A stretch of DNA of 64,000 nucleotides from the human T2T-CHM13v2.0 reference genome, Homo sapiens: NCBI RefSeq assembly GCF_009914755.1, contig NC_060935.1; one strand, given 5' to 3'. Shown here in pieces: positions 50,943 through 64,000 of the stretch. The translations under genes and the position numbers were made by a program. The notes below the pieces were generated by a model. That model was not told where the DNA came from and ran no database searches. It saw only the letters and a program-made list of their open reading frames with translations. How positions within the stretch are numbered: position 1 is the first letter of the stretch; each line of letters opens with the position of its first letter.

Positions 50943-52348
50943 TCAGTTTCTACAACAGATGCTGACTGACCAGCCAAGCTCTTTATGGAATTCTGTTCAC
51001 TTAGAGTAAGCAAATCTTCCACAGCACTACGGGGGGGTGGGAGTGGGAATGTGGTGGCTGGGAGGACCACTAAATCTTTTTTGCTATAAATTGCTTTCCC
51101 GTATGATGATATTTACCACACCAGGATTTCAGCTCTAGCTCAAAGCTTGCTTAAGGATATTTGTCAGAGTGAGCTTGCCTGAGAGTTCAGTAATTCTCAA
51201 GATGGTTTCCCTGAAAGAATCCTTGTTCAAACACCATCCCTTTAAAAGTCCTTAATCCAGACTGCCTGTTCTGCAGACATTCTCAGATGCATTATTTAAA
51301 GTTATTTCCAGTGGTGCGTGGGTGGGAGGTGGGAGCTACATTTGTTACTTAGTGGTTTCCAAAAGCCTTCCAGGATCTTTCCTTTTTACCCTAGTGAGGT
51401 TGCTCACTTTTAACCCTTCTTTTCCAGGTCTCCTAACATAACTTCTTAGGCTTAGTAGCTCATTGGCAAATCCGTTAATGCATTTCACTGCTATTGGGTG
51501 AAATTTAGAAACATGCTACTCTGTTCTTTGGGGATGCCTCTTAGCAGAGAGAGGCTTCTTTTTCTTAAGGAGTCAAAGAATGACATTCATAGAAGACACT
51601 GTTTATTGGATGAACCAGTTACACAGACTTTTTGATTCTTGGGAGAATGTTCATATCTGTGGTATAATGCATTAGTCATCATACTTTTGAAGAATAAAGA
51701 CATCACATGGTATTTGCCCTCTCCCAGGGCCCTGCAACCTTTTGCATCTGTTATTTTGTTTGAAGCTCACAAAGCTTCCTGCAGTAGACAAGTTGTATCA
51801 CATTTTACAGATGAAGACAGAGGCACAGGGAGGGTAGTGACCAGCTGAAGGCTGCCCTTGGTGGATGGCCCAGTGGGACCTAGAGCTCCGCCCTCATGCT
51901 CTCTTGCTTCCTCGCCTTGCAAGACTTTGACTTAAACATTCTGCCTCTCCTAATTACTGATAGGTGTCCTGGTTCTCTCCTGCACTCCAGGAACCCAAGT
52001 ACAGGTCTCAAACACTTGAAGATTGTCTTTTGCTGCACGGGTCCATTTCTAACTTGCAACATCTTTTTTCTGGTTCTCCTGCTTCTGCCAGATACTGAGA
52101 GAGACGGGAAATGTCTGTGTGTCTCTGGATATTTTGAGACTGTTCTTTGTCTAGGAGAGTGCTCAGTGGCAGAAGGAACCATCTAGATATCCAAGGAGAA
52201 AACTGCTCTTCCTGAGTTCTTTGGTCTCTAAGCTCCAGCTTGGTAGAGAATTGGGCTTCTTTTCTGAATATCCATAGTGAAGTTACATTCCTTAGAAATT
52301 CTTCACATGAAAGTCTGACAGCTCTAGGGGGTTACCCTTTAAGCATAA

Positions 52349-52661
<313 letters not shown>

Positions 52662-52724
52662 CAGACCTGGTATTTCTTTCGCCATGGGGCTATAATACTG
52701 CCAGCCTTTGCACAGAGCTTTAGA

Positions 52725-52887
52725 GTTGTGGTTATGCTTCAGAAGCTCCCAGAAAGTTTCTGAAAATACAGATTCCTGGGCTCCTCCTGGCGATTTTAAT
52801 TCAGTAGGCTTAAGAGGATCAGAAATCTGTAATTAAAAAAAAAATCCTTTGTCATTTCTGACAATTAACCAGGCTTGGAAACCACTG
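52725..52887. mobile_element. MER5B-like
   Basis: aaaatacagattcctggg..attcagtagg..aggcttggaaaccactg. Confidence 0.7.
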
Positions 52888-53789
52888 TTCAGATTACAAA
52901 GCCCTTTTGTATATAATATTTCATTTGTTCATCACAACACATGAGGAAGCCGTTAACCTCCTTTGCAGATGTGACTCAAATATGGTAAATAACCTAAGTC
53001 CTTAAGTTAGTGAATAGTAGAGCCAAGTCTCCAGCCTAAAGCCTTTGTCTCCAAACCTGATTTCATTTCCACGTGATCTCCCTTGGAGACGCATTCTCCC
53101 ATCTATCAGTTGTCCCAGGGGTGTTGGTTTCTTCTCATACTCTGCTTTGCTCACCAGCAAAAGGCCAAATTCATCTGTTCTTCCCTGCGAGCAGCAATAA
53201 GCAGATTTGGAGAAGGTGGTGGAAAGGCAGGCCCCAGGCAAGTGTCTCAAAGTATCCATCCTTGTCAGTTATCTGGGCCCATCAGACAACAGTGGCAGGC
53301 AGGCCCAAGGGATGTTTCAGCCCAGTTCCAAGAAAGAGTCCCAAAGAGCACCGGGTAGAAACCATGGGCCGGTGGCTTAGAGAGTTAGTGGTAAACCTTT
53401 CCTGTTTCCATGTGCATTGTGTTTTGGAGCTAGATCATCATGAAGAAACCTCAAAAATCTCAAGTTTCATTGTAATAGGAAGGAGGCAGGGTGGCCCTGG
53501 GGGTGGCTATGGGAAACTTTGAGTGGATTTTCTGGTGCTTCTGGGTGAGGCTATGTCAGTGTGTAAAAGTAACTTGAGAGCAGGGCTCTTTTGTCCTAGC
53601 TGGTTCTGTGTCATTGGGAGCTCCCGGAGTTTAAATGCTTATGTGGACTTTGGTGGGTGGTCCCCTCATCCCAGATTCCCAGTGTGGCAGCTATTCTTGG
53701 GATTTTAGAAATTGGAACCTGGAGGACCTTTGCCTTAGGAATGGGAGTTTGATTTCTGGTTATTTCGTTCATTCATCTATTGATAGATA

Positions 53790-54020
53790 TTATTACATAG
53801 AGTTAAGAGCCTAAGCTCTGGAGGCAGACTTCCTGGATTCCATATCTGGCTTTGCCACTTACTAGCTTTGTAATTGTCACTGTGCCTCGGTGTACTCATC
53901 GGTAAGATCATGATGACACTGGTACCTACTTCTTCAGGTTTTGGCGAGGAGCAGATGAATTATTATGAGTGGAGTGCTTAGAATCGGGGCAGGCACGTAG
54001 AAGTTGCGGCATAAGTGCTA
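53790..54020 (+). mobile_element. MIR
   Basis: gttaagagc..ctctggaggcagac..gccacttactagct..tgcctcgg. Confidence 0.75.
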
Positions 54021-54598
54021 ACTTCTCTGTTGTTTGACAAACATCATGTTCTGGGTCCACCACTGTGGCATAGAGGGCATAGAGGCAACCACCAGGGGCC
54101 CACCTTGCAGGAGTTCACAGTTTGCTGGGAGACAGGCATGAAAACAGACCACTGCCATGTAAAGTTGCTGTTGACATAGGGAATGCTGTAATAGAGGAAA
54201 AATCAGAGGACTGCGGGGACACAGAGGAGCGGCCAGCTGTGTGCCATGGATGGGCTGGGCCAGGCCTGAACTGGCTTCTTAGAGGAGGTAGTAGCATTTG
54301 ATCTTAAAATGTCATTAGCAATTCACCAGATGGGGGAAAGGGGAACGGCATTCCAGAGAGAGGCAACAGCACACACAGGGCCACAGAGGCATGACAACTC
54401 CAGCATGTGCAGGAAATGACAGAAAGTGGGGAATGTGCTGCATGAAAAGGAAGTGGGAGGTGAAGTGGAGAGTCCAGTGAGCGGCATCCTAAGATCCTAA
54501 GACTCATAAGCCCCATGCCAAGGGATGAGGACTTTGCCTGGAGGAAAGGCACTTGGGACTCACTGGGAGTGTTCGAAGAACAGGCTCAAATTTGTATG

Positions 54599-54925
54599 TT
54601 ATTTTATTTATTTATTTATTTATTTTTGAGACAGAGTCTTGCTCTTTCCCCCAGGCTGGAGTGCAGTAGCACGATCTCAGCTCACTGCAACCTCCCACCA
54701 CCCCCTAACCCCCACCCCCCGATTCAATCGATTCTCCTGCCTCAGCCTCTCGAGTAGCCAGGATTACAGGCACCCGTCACCATGCCCAGCTAATTTTTGT
54801 AATTTTACTAGAGACAGGGTTTCACCATGTTGGCCAGGCTGGTCTCAAATTCCTGACCTCAGGTGATCCATCCACCTCGGCCTCCCAAAGTGCTGGGATT
54901 ACAGGTGTGAGCCACCGTGCCCGGC
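54599..54925 (-). mobile_element. AluS with C-rich insertion
   Basis: TSD ctcaaatttg. Confidence 0.94.
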
Positions 54926-55250
54926 CTCAAATTTGGATTTTAATAAAATCACTCTAGTTGCTGTGATGAGCATAGCACCATAAACAAAAAAAAAAAAAAA
55001 AAAAAAAGAAGAAAAGAAAAGAAACAAACTCAATGACTTGAGTACCTCGCCCTTGTTAAATGTGAGTGCAAGGTATCTACCATTTCAGAGAGGGCCCAAC
55101 CTTAACCGTGGTCAGGAGGCAAGGGTTTGGAAAATGTGGTGCTGATTCAGCCCACGACATTCAGGGTACCCTGGAGAAGAGCCCTTCCGGTGTCTGGTCT
55201 CCCCATCGTTCTGTAGGTGCAGTAGCGATAATTATACTCCCTCTCCATAG

Positions 55251-55658
<408 letters not shown>

Positions 55659-55875
55659 CCTTGTTTCATTTTTCTATAGAATATATTTGCACTTAATTTT
55701 ATTATTTAATAGGAAACATGCTCATGGTTCAAAGAACAAAATGATAGGAAGGTTTACACACAAGTTTGCCCTTCCCTCTGTGCTCATCCACCCTGTTGTC
55801 TCCACACCTGCCAGAAGAAACCACTCTTATTTGTTTCTTGGGTATCCTTCTAGCATTTCTTTTTTTTCTTTTCAT

Positions 55876-56431
<556 letters not shown>

Positions 56432-57660
56432 TAGCTAGTCCAGTTATTCCTTCCAGAGTGAAATAAAGGGAAGCAGAAGCTTTGCTGTGACTTTGTCTCC
56501 CTGTTATGTAAATGAGGGACAATATTGTCCGCCCTGACTCCCATGTGGGAAAGTAATAAGTAATTTCACATTGATCAACCGTTTTGAGCTTTCTGGCAGA
56601 AGGGATGCTCAGAGTAGTGCTGTTTTGATGGTTTCTCAGCAAAATACTTCCCTCTTGTCCACGGGTCCCAGGACTTATTTTTAAAAAAGGATTCCGATTG
56701 CTAATTGTTAACAAGTTGCTGGGTTTTTTTCCTCCCCTCCAGCTCTTCCTTTCAAAACTTCTGAGCCTTAATTAGCAGCCCCAGTTTCTGGCCAGGCCAT
56801 GTGTGTCTGATTTTAAGCCGCGTCCTGCCGGGGACTCCTGCTGCACACATGTGCCTGCAAGTGCTCCCCCAGTTTCTGTTGCAGAGTTCTTTCGTTTTTC
56901 TTTTTTCTTCCACCACAAGTGCTGAGCCACACAGAAGCTTTAAGACTCCAAATCATAGCGCAGCAGCGAGCCAGTGTTGGCTGTAATTAGCTAGAATTGC
57001 AAACTCCTGGTCATAAAGACATCATGTCTTTGCTTACTGTGGTGAATTTCCTGCATTCTCTAAGGGTCGCAGGAGAGGCTCAGAGGAAGGAAGTTGTCTA
57101 TCAATTGAGGGAGGGGCGAAACTAGATGATCCCCAAGATGCCTTCACTTCTAAAATTACACTTTAATGACATCTTCTCCAGGGCCCGCCTGTCCCCACGT
57201 AGGGAGTGAAGCACCAGGCCCAGCAAGCCCCGTGGAGGCCTCCGAGATGGGCACCAGGAGACAAGGACAGCGAGGCTATCGTCTTGACACCACGGGACCT
57301 GGTCACTGTTTTGAAAGGGATTTGGTTTTGTTTTGCTGGGACGCTTCCTGGAAGTCTTTTCTTGAGGCAGTGTGTTTATCTGGTTTCTTAGGTAGAGCAT
57401 AAGGCTGTTTTCTCTCAGACGTGGACTTGGCAATGCGGAACTCAGTTCTGGGCTGTGATTCAAAGCCTTGCCAGCTTCGTGAATTCAAGAAATCCTTGTT
57501 TCCACCCAAAGACCCAAAGAGACTTTGAACAGTCATTTCACCCTCCCCGCACAGCTGGGCCAGATGGCAGCAGTGGCCCAGTCCCTATCCTGAAGGCTCC
57601 TTACCTAGAGGAAGTCCACCTCACTGGGGACCTTCTCCTGCCCTGTAGTTTTAGCCCATC

Positions 57661-57811
57661 TTATCATTATTATTATTATTATTATTATTATTTTTAGAGA
57701 TGAGGTCTCCTATGTTGCCCAGGCTGGTCTCAAACTACGGGGCTCAAGCAGTCTTCCTGCCTCAGCTTCCCAAGGTGCTGGTATTACAGGCGTGAGCTAC
57801 CACACCCGGCC
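57661..57811 (-). mobile_element. FLAM with (ATT)n tail
   Basis: Left monomer only; TSD ttagcccatctt. Confidence 0.9.
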
Positions 57812-59079
57812 TTAGCCCATCTTGAGGTGAAACTATGCAGTTGTTCTGGGAGGATCTACATGCCTGTCCTCCATGAGGATGCAGAGTCGTTGAGTTTACA
57901 TGGGGAATATTTAGCCGTCCACGTCATTTCTGTGGGCTTCCCTAGGCTGACCCTGGAAAGAATTCCGGATGCTACTTGGGAGATACTCCTTTTTGCAAGT
58001 TGGCACAGACATCCTTCTGCCTTTTCTTTGTCCTAGGACCACTCTTTATGGTGTTCCTGTTGAAGCAGGTCGGGGGATTGGGAATTAAGCATAGCTGACA
58101 GGGTAAAATTTGAGGAGCAGGAAGCTCATAGATGGGGGCCACCAGCCCAATTTCTTTATCTTAGGTCTGAGCTGTTAAGACCCATAGCTACTTCTCTTAT
58201 AATTATCAAACTTTTCTTCTCCATTGAACATCTCCCTATTTAAATATTAGCCTCCCCAGGGAGATCTTTGTGATTCCCCAGCCTAACATGGTGTTTGGCT
58301 CACTGTAGATGCTCAAGAATTGGTTGTTGGATTGGGTACCCCATTCAGCAACATTTGTTGAGTGCCTAGAATGCGCTTTGCACTGTGCTGGAGTCTGGTG
58401 ATGACAAAATCTGATAGAGCCCCTCCCCTTAAACAGTTTATCATCTAAGAAGAGAGACATCTGTGTACTTCTAACGTCTAGCACAGGGGCAGAAACAAAG
58501 TCATTTGGTGGCTTTTGAGCTTAGAGTCATAAAATGTCAGAGCTAGAGGGTCTTAGGGATTGTTAAATCCCTCCCTCTCACTTTGGAAGTAAAGAAACTG
58601 ATTGGTCAGAGACTTGCTCAAGGCCACCCGGTCAGACGGGGACAGAGAGTGCTCAGCCTGCCGTCCCTGCTTTCGGCTCTATCACCCCATGCAGCTTGTC
58701 TTTGGCCTTTAACTAGAAAGATCAAATCATGAAAAGTAGAGGGAGTACCAGAGAGAGCAGGAACCCACTTTCATTGCAGGTCTACTGTGGCTCAGTGACC
58801 TAAATCCTGGGAGGACTGGGAGGCTCTGGACAGTGGCTCTCTGACTAGGACTGCGGAGTGAGTACTCCAACGCCACAGGGGCCAGCTCCCTGCAGTTCCC
58901 ACTGAGACTTATTTCTCCAGAGGCCAGAAAGCCCAGAAGATGAAGCCTTGTCACTTTTGGTCTTGTGGCCCAGTTCAGCTGAGATGCCACGCGGTTCTTG
59001 TTGAGGGGAAGGGGTGTGAGAGGCCCTGGTGCCTGAGCCACACACTGGGGCTTTCCATCCTGCTGAAGTCAGGACCTTC

Positions 59080-59351
59080 ATTGGCCCTGATTCAAACAAA
59101 CTGATTGGAAAAAGACATTTTTGAGACCATCAGGGGAAAATGAATGTGGATTTGATATTCAGTGATATTAAAGAATGATTATAAATGTTAGATATGATAA
59201 AGGCAAGTGATTATGTTAAAGATAAAACAGTTCTTATCAGAGATGCATGCTAATGTCTGGGTTGTTTTAAAATACTCTAGGGTAAATAAATCTTTATGAG
59301 TATTTTGGAGTAAAATGATATAATACCTGGGATTTGCTTTAAAATGTTCCA
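59080..59351 (+). mobile_element. L1ME-like 3' relic
   Basis: cctgattcaaacaaac..aagacatttttgagac..ctgggatttgctttaaaat. Confidence 0.65.
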
Positions 59352-59646
59352 GGCTGGGCACAGTGGCTCATGCCTGTAATCCTAACACGTTGGGAGGCCC
59401 AGGTGGGAGGATCGCTTGAGCCCAGGAGTTTGAAACCAGCCTGGCAACATAGCAAGACCCTATCTCTACAAAAAAAAAAAAAAAAAAAAAAAACCCTAAA
59501 AAGTTACCCAGGCAGTTAGCTTCGTACCTGAGGTCCCAGCTTCTTGGGAAGCTGAGCTGGGAGGATCAGTTGGGCATGGGAGTTCGAGGCTGCAGTGAGC
59601 CATGATCATGCCTGCACTCCAGCCTGGGTGACAGAGTGAGACCCTA

Positions 59647-59680
<34 letters not shown>
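59352..59680 (+). mobile_element. AluJ
   Basis: J-type arms, expanded A linker and tail. Confidence 0.92.
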
Positions 59681-59997
<317 letters not shown>

Positions 59998-60171
59998 TCA
60001 CATTGTGGGGAGGTTCCCGCCTTTCCATGTGTCCCCTAAGAGACCCAAGGACTTGGCCGGGCACAGTGGCCAACGTGAACTCCATGCCATCCTTGGTATT
60101 TTCCATTCATGTTGCCAGACCATCTCTGTTTCAGGTCAGCCTCCTCAGACACCCAGAGAGGCCTATCCTAA

Positions 60172-60570
<399 letters not shown>

Positions 60571-60716
60571 AATATTTGGATTCTTATTCACCTTCTGTCC
60601 TTGTCTTGCTGTCTTTCATTTCCCTCCCTGACAGTGGAACCTTCACTACTTCTGCCCCCTAAAGGTTCTGCCATGTCTGCAATCCCCATAGTCTCTACAG
60701 TGTGATTTTCCTATTA

Positions 60717-61485
60717 CAGTGGCCCCTCCTTATCCTTGGGGATACTCAAGACTCCCAGTGGATGCCTGAAAGCGCAGAGAGCACCAGACCCAATTGTGCC
60801 AATCGGATTCTGTTTCAGGTCATGTCTTCCACCCACAAATTTAACACCTTTTCCATCCTAACTAAGCAATTATCATGCACTATGGCTATAACTTTTGCAG
60901 TTTGAGGTGTGGCAGCAAAACCAGCACAAATTTCTTCTTCCTTCTTCACAATCTCATGGATGGAAGATGAGTTTTTACTGTAGACCTGGGTGACTTTGGC
61001 ATGCAATTTTTTTTCTTTCATTATTAAGTTGAGAACTTTCACCTTTTCACTTAAATGGAGAACTTTACGTCTTCTCTTTGGGGATATCCAAATTGCCAGC
61101 CTCACTACTCTTGCATTTTGGGGCCATTATAAAGTAAAATAATGGTCATGTGAACATAAGCACTGCAATACTGGGACAGTTGGTCTGATAACCTAGATAT
61201 CTAGTCACTAGATAACTAAGTGACTAACAGGCGGAGAGTGCAAACAGTGTGGATTCACTACTGCATCCACAGCCTGTATCCAGACTAGACAAAGGGATGA
61301 TTCATGTCCCTAGTGGAATGGAGTTGGATGGCTCAAGATTTTATCATGCTACCCAGAACGTCACACAATTGGAAACTTGTGAGTTGTTTATTTCTGCAAT
61401 TTTTCACTTAATATTTTTGGACCACAGTTGACCACTGGTAACTGAACCCTTGGAAAGTGAAACCACAGATAAGGCAGGACTGCTC
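60717..61485 (-). mobile_element. MER44/Tigger7 internally deleted DNA transposon
   Basis: TA|cagtggcccctccttatcc ... gataaggcaggactgctc|TA imperfect TIRs; transposase fragment inside. Confidence 0.85.
60815..61105 (-). pseudogene. Tigger-type transposase N-terminal (CENP-B-like HTH) remnant
   Basis: PKRRRKVLHLSEKVKVLNLI..SSIHEIVKKEEEI..RMEKVLNLWVEDM pattern. Confidence 0.78.
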
Positions 61486-63559
61486 TACTAGTTTGTTTAA
61501 ATGTTTGCTCTCTTGTCACACTCACTACTGAGGTTTTTGTACCCAGACATGTCCTAGCCTAGAGCACTGCATTCTGGTCTTCCCATGGCCACGTTCTTTA
61601 GTACAGAGTGAAGAGTTCTTAGTTTGAAGGAGATGTGCATACCCTGGAGCCTATGTGTCTCCCACCCCGACGACACACACACACACACACCATGCTCTGG
61701 ATATTAGGAACACAAATGATGAGGAACCTGCTTCCGGGGTGTCTCCCCCATCTCTAGTCTCCCAAAGACAGACAGCCCTAGCCCTGAGGATGACAAAGGA
61801 GCTTCTGTTTGTGGGGGTGTGGACACAACTTTGACATCTTCTTGGGGTACCCATATGCATACATGTGAGGACCCTCCTGGTACCCCCACAGAAGCCAGGG
61901 TCTGAGCTAAAAGCAGATGGAAGCAGACCACAGGAGAACAGACCAAGGCCGGCTGGCTGCTGGCTCTTCCCAGGTTGCCATACCCTGACACACAATGGCA
62001 AGAAGTCTGAGCCTCTAACCAGGTTGTTATGAAGGTATATTGGCCAAGGTTGGAGGCTAAGGCATATTTATGAGTTGGTTCGCTTGATTTATTATTTGTA
62101 AACATTTAGACATTGGTGTATGTGGGCCTCTCTTTATACTCTTGCCCAGGCCCTGCACGTTGTAAGTCTCTGTTTCCTAATGGAGACACAGGAATTTTGC
62201 TCTGGGCTGGACTTCATCTTGCCTTAAGGAAGGCTTGTGTTCTTCCATGGTATTTCCTGCAACTTGTAAAATACAACTTGTAAAGTCCTATTGTAGCCCC
62301 ACGTATTTCCTGTGTTTATAATGGAGATGAAATCGTGGTTTGTCTTTCCACCACCCATCTTTCCACCCCCAACAACCCTCAATTAGATAAACTAACAAGC
62401 TAATTAAAAATAGCCTTAAAGTAAGGACACTTGTGTAAACCAACAACTTTATCAGAAAAGGTTTTCCCTGGAATTTCCCATCCTCATTCAAAGGGACAGG
62501 CAGTGTTCTGGATTCCAAACAATAGATTCTAATCAATAGCTCCTCCTATTCAAATAGTGGCAGAATCCTACCTGCCTTCCTTCCCTCCAGTGGAATGTTA
62601 GTATCTCTCTCAATGAATCATTAAAATTCCTGGCTTGTTATGATGTACCCGTCACTATACCTACATAATATCAAGCAGAAAGCTTTTGAAGGCCTTTTGG
62701 GATAGCAGAGCAAGGGTCTCCCCACCCAACTGGTCATATAATTGGCTTTTCTCTCTTTAAAGACTCGAAGCCTTTGTGCTAAACAGAAAATGCCAAAGGT
62801 CTTTGGATATGGGGAGTCGAGTGTAGAGGTGGGGTGTTGGCTTCATACACAGCAGAGAATGTTTCCCTCCTTTGCTGTGGAAGACTAACCTTAGCAGCTT
62901 CCCACTCACTCCATCTCAAACCCAATTAAATTTTAATTCAGATCATCACGAATACAAAGTGCTTTCTTCAATCTCTATTATTTCTGGAGTTCCCTGGTGT
63001 CCAGTTTAAAAAATTCTTCAGGGAAAGATGTCTGGCAGTGATTGGATGAAGGTATTGACTTTGGAAAGAGGAGTCTTAACATCAACAAGTATGTCAACGA
63101 TAAGTCACTAGAAACAAATCCCAGCCATCCAGTTTGCTTGTTTATGTGGTTCAAGTGCCTCGCGCCAAAGCATGGCCCAGATCCAAGTTTCACATCAGTA
63201 ATTCCTGCCATTCAACATGTTTAGCTTTTGTTTCTTAATGGGTGTTGACAGACAATCTACTTCCCATAATCCTCCATTCGCAGCTGCCTTCATTGATGTA
63301 TTCATTCCACACATGTGTTGAGTAGCCCTGGAATTTTTGCTTTACAGACACCCATGGATATGTCAACAGATTATTATTGTAATGATAAGAGTATATGATA
63401 ATAGAGGTATGTATAGCACTGCATGAACTCAGAAGAAGTAATGTCTTGTCTTATTGAAGAACTAGAATATCTTAGAGGATGACAGTTGACTTGTATCTTG
63501 AATGATGCACAAGAGAATTTACAGCAGATTTGAACAGTCAAAATTTAATGTCTCCTCTC

Positions 63560-63861
63560 TTTTTTTTTGTTTTGTTTTTGAGACAGAGTCTCACTCTGTC
63601 GCCCAGGCTGGAGTGCAGTGGCATGATCTCAGCTCACTGTAACCTCCGCCTCCTGTGTCCAAGCAATTCTCATGCCTCAGCCTCTTTAGTAGCTGAGACT
63701 ACAAGTGTGCACCACCACACCTCATTAATTTTTTGTGTTTTAAGTAAAGATGGGGTTTTGCCATCTTGGCCAGGCTGGTCTTGAACTCCTGACTTCAGGT
63801 GATCTGCCTGCCTCAGCCTCCAAAGTGCTGGGATTACAGGCTTGAGCCACCACGCCCAGCC
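63560..63861 (-). mobile_element. AluS/J
   Basis: TSD aatgtctcctc. Confidence 0.94.
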
Positions 63862-64000
63862 AAAATTGAATGTCTCCTCCCTTAAGATTTGTACTTCAAA
63901 AGCTTTTGGTTTTCATGAGCACAGAAAAGGGGCTGATAGCCTGGTGATCAACTGTGGGCCTTATCAACAGCTACAGTGAAGAGGAAGACATTGAAAAGAG

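Noticed and set aside
54085-54105. CTCF-like ccaccaggggccc (also 57555-57575, 60650-60667)
   Set aside because: Each misses key consensus positions; not supportable without a PWM scan or ChIP.

Overview
Primate (very probably human) genomic DNA, non-coding in appearance and dominated by repeats. I find no credible protein-coding exon and cannot name the host locus. It holds about 54 Alu copies or fragments (roughly 2:1 minus:plus), many MIR/L2/L1M relics, four LTRs all on the minus strand (HERV-H LTR7-type, MER21A-like, two MLT1), Tigger/Charlie DNA transposon relics, a U13 (SNORD13) snoRNA retrocopy and several microsatellites. The uniform LTR orientation suggests, by inference, an intron of a + strand gene. 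Most ORF-track entries are Alu translations or chance ORFs; the exception is a Tigger7 transposase N-terminal fragment. The main unexplained structure is two independent inverted duplications of 'part Alu + unique flank' (235 bp, ~97% identical, 1.2 kb apart; ~350 bp, ~90% identical, 2.15 kb apart), with the derived copy upstream of its donor in both. I see no evidence for a new multi-gene system. Repeat family names come from recalled consensus sequences, not a search, and boundaries of old repeats are approximate.
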